Assembly: GCA_037446635.1 (NCBI GenBank)
Contig: JBBIIG010000084.1
Location: forward strand, 1-15,780
Reading direction: 5' to 3'
Source: a bacterium
Lineage (GTDB): Bacteria; Zhuqueibacterota; Zhuqueibacteria; Oceanimicrobiales; Oceanimicrobiaceae
Length of the DNA: 15,780 bases
In this document: one piece after another, positions 14,227 to 15,780 of the stretch
Position numbering within the stretch: the stretch's first letter is position 1
How the letters are laid out: the number at the start of each line of letters is the position of its first letter
Translations under genes and position numbers: made by a program
The notes under the pieces: generated by a model
The model's input: only the letters and a program-made list of their open reading frames with translations
Database searches by the model: none
Told to the model about the DNA's origin: nothing

Positions 14227-15351
14227 TCAAAATGCAATTTGCTGAAACATCAAATTAAAATAGTAAGCTAAAACGCCGGCGGTGGGCAAGGTCACCGCCC
14301 AGGCCAGAATAATTTCGCGCACCACCCGCCAGTCGATGCCTCGTCGCGCTTCCAAGCCGATGCCCACAATGGCGCTGGTGGTGACGTGGGTGGTGGAGAG
14401 CGGCATCCCGAAAAAGGTCGCCGTGCTCACTAAAATAGACGAGCAGGCGTTGGCGGAGAGTGCTTCAATGCTGTCCATCGCGGTGATTTTTTCTGAAAGC
14501 GTGTGCAGCACCCGCCGCCCCCAGAGCAAACTGCCGAGGCACATTCCCAGCGCCGCCAATCCCAAAGCGGGCGCCGCGGATGCGCCGTCAACCCAGGCGA
14601 CGCTCAGCAGCAGCGCCGCGATCTTGGGGGCATCGTTCATGCCGCGGGCAAAGCTGGTGAGGCCGCTGGTGAAAATGTGCAGGGCGTCGGCTGCTTGAAC
14701 TTTGACGCCAACCACCGTATTCTTCGGCTCGCAGGCCTCGGCTTGGCCGGCGATCAGATGAAGCTTTGGCGCGTCGGCGGCCGCCAGTAAGGTTGGCCCC
14801 GCGGCGGTTGGCGCCGGCGCGAGCCCGTTGTGTTGAACTTCAAGGCACAAGCAATACGCTTGCGTTCGAGAAAGCATGCGCCGGAAAATTGGCATACTCA
14901 ACCGGGTCAGAGCGGCGGCCATCACTGGACTCAGAGCCAGCGGCAGGGCCGCTTTCTGCAGCAGCGCTTCCCAGACGATTGCACTCGATCCGGTTTGCGC
15001 CCAGGCCGCGCCGATGAGTCCGCCCACCAATGCGTGCGTGGTGGAAATCGGCATCCCGAGGCGAGTAGCGATGAACAGCCAAACGATTGCCGACAACGCC
15101 ATCGCCAGTGGCAGCAGCGGAGAAGAAATTGGCTGGGAGAGCAGCGCCGAAGAAAACGTGCGCAAGAGGCTGGCGCCGACGACTCCACCTACCAGCGCGC
15201 CGGCGCCGGTCAGGAACGTTCCCCACAAAATAGCTGTCTGCGGGCGCAGCGCTCTCCCGCCCACCAGCGTGGCGACGCCCTTTGAAATATCGTTGGCGCC
15301 ATTGGCGGCCGCTAAAATAAACACGAAAATCGGAATCAATAACTCCGTCAA
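14227..15351 (-). CDS. PiT (inorganic phosphate/oxyanion transporter, PHO4) family permease
   Basis: TTG start with GAAGGA RBS. Duplicated PiT signatures ANGANDISKG and RGMNDAPK, GMPISTTH and GMPLSTTH, and AWAVTLP. Confidence 0.92.
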   Translation of the reverse strand: MTELLIPIFVFILAAANGANDISKGVATLVGGRALRPQTAILWGTFLTGAGALVGGVVGASLLRTFSSALLSQPISSPLLPLAMALSAIVWLFIATRLGMPISTTHALVGGLIGAAWAQTGSSAIVWEALLQKAALPLALSPVMAAALTRLSMPIFRRMLSRTQAYCLCLEVQHNGLAPAPTAAGPTLLAAADAPKLHLIAGQAEACEPKNTVVGVKVQAADALHIFTSGLTSFARGMNDAPKIAALLLSVAWVDGASAAPALGLAALGMCLGSLLWGRRVLHTLSEKITAMDSIEALSANACSSILVSTATFFGMPLSTTHVTTSAIVGIGLEARRGIDWRVVREIILAWAVTLPTAGVLAYYFNLMFQQIAF

Positions 15352-15378
15352 AGTTTTTCCTTCGTTTGATTGAGTGAG

Positions 15379-15780
15379 TTATTTTTCCGAAGCCGAGAAA
15401 TTGTGGCAGATGGCGCCGGCAAGATAACAGGTGTAGCACGCTTGATGTTTGAGCGGATAGGGCATAAACGAATCCGCCAGCGTGTCGCTCACTTTGGCTT
15501 CGGGATAATCAATCAAGATTGGGCAGACGTACACCCCTTTGTCGGTGGCCATCCGGCTGTGAGTACATTGCAGCAAATTTTCGTCGTAGTCGGCCATCAT
15601 CTCTTTGGCGACGTATTCGTAGCGATCGTAGCCGCGGCCGCGGATTTTCTCGCGCCCAATTCGTAACGGAGGAATCAGCTTGATGCGCGGGCGCGTGTAA
15701 CCCATTTCAAAAAGCATCTTGCGAAAGCCCTGGAAGATCGCTTCCGTTTCCGAATCCTCCCAGGTTTGCGCCGCGGTGAT
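15379..15780 (-). CDS. Probable radical SAM protein, C-terminal Cys-rich part only (5' end outside the window)
   Basis: The frame stays open to the window edge (ITAAQTWEDSETEAIFQGFRKMLFEMG...). LQCTHSRM...GVYVCPIL...HQACYTCYLAGAICHN resembles a twitch/SPASM-like auxiliary domain. The CxxxCxxC motif itself is not visible. Confidence 0.7.
   Translation of the reverse strand: MTAAQTWEDSETEAIFQGFRKMLFEMGYTRPRIKLIPPLRIGREKIRGRGYDRYEYVAKEMMADYDENLLQCTHSRMATDKGVYVCPILIDYPEAKVSDTLADSFMPYPLKHQACYTCYLAGAICHNFSASEK

Overview
GC-rich window from a diderm bacterium. The beta-barrels, FG-GAP protein and repeat types suggest an FCB/KSB1-like lineage, but that is only an inference. In order along the window: a partial B12-binding radical SAM gene missed by the ORF track, a thioredoxin-like [2Fe-2S] ferredoxin, an outer-membrane beta-barrel, a small membrane protein, a sigma-54 response regulator, a MauE/DoxX-thioredoxin protein, two more beta-barrels (one with an SH3-like domain) behind a good sigma-54 promoter motif, an FG-GAP/VCBS repeat protein and rtcA. 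rtcA sits directly downstream of an AT-richer ECF-type sigma factor and a double zinc-finger/TPR anti-sigma gene. The most interesting block is the right end (12171-15780, minus strand): a compact Cys-rich operon of probable radical SAM, PiT-family transporter, ArsM-like As(III) methyltransferase and degenerate metallophosphoesterase. It looks more like an organoarsenical (or other metalloid) biosynthesis or modification pathway than a standard ars resistance operon. Several intergenic gaps carry different palindromic REP-like elements, and one gap has an anti-Shine-Dalgarno-rich sRNA candidate. No rRNA, tRNA, CRISPR array or transposase was seen.
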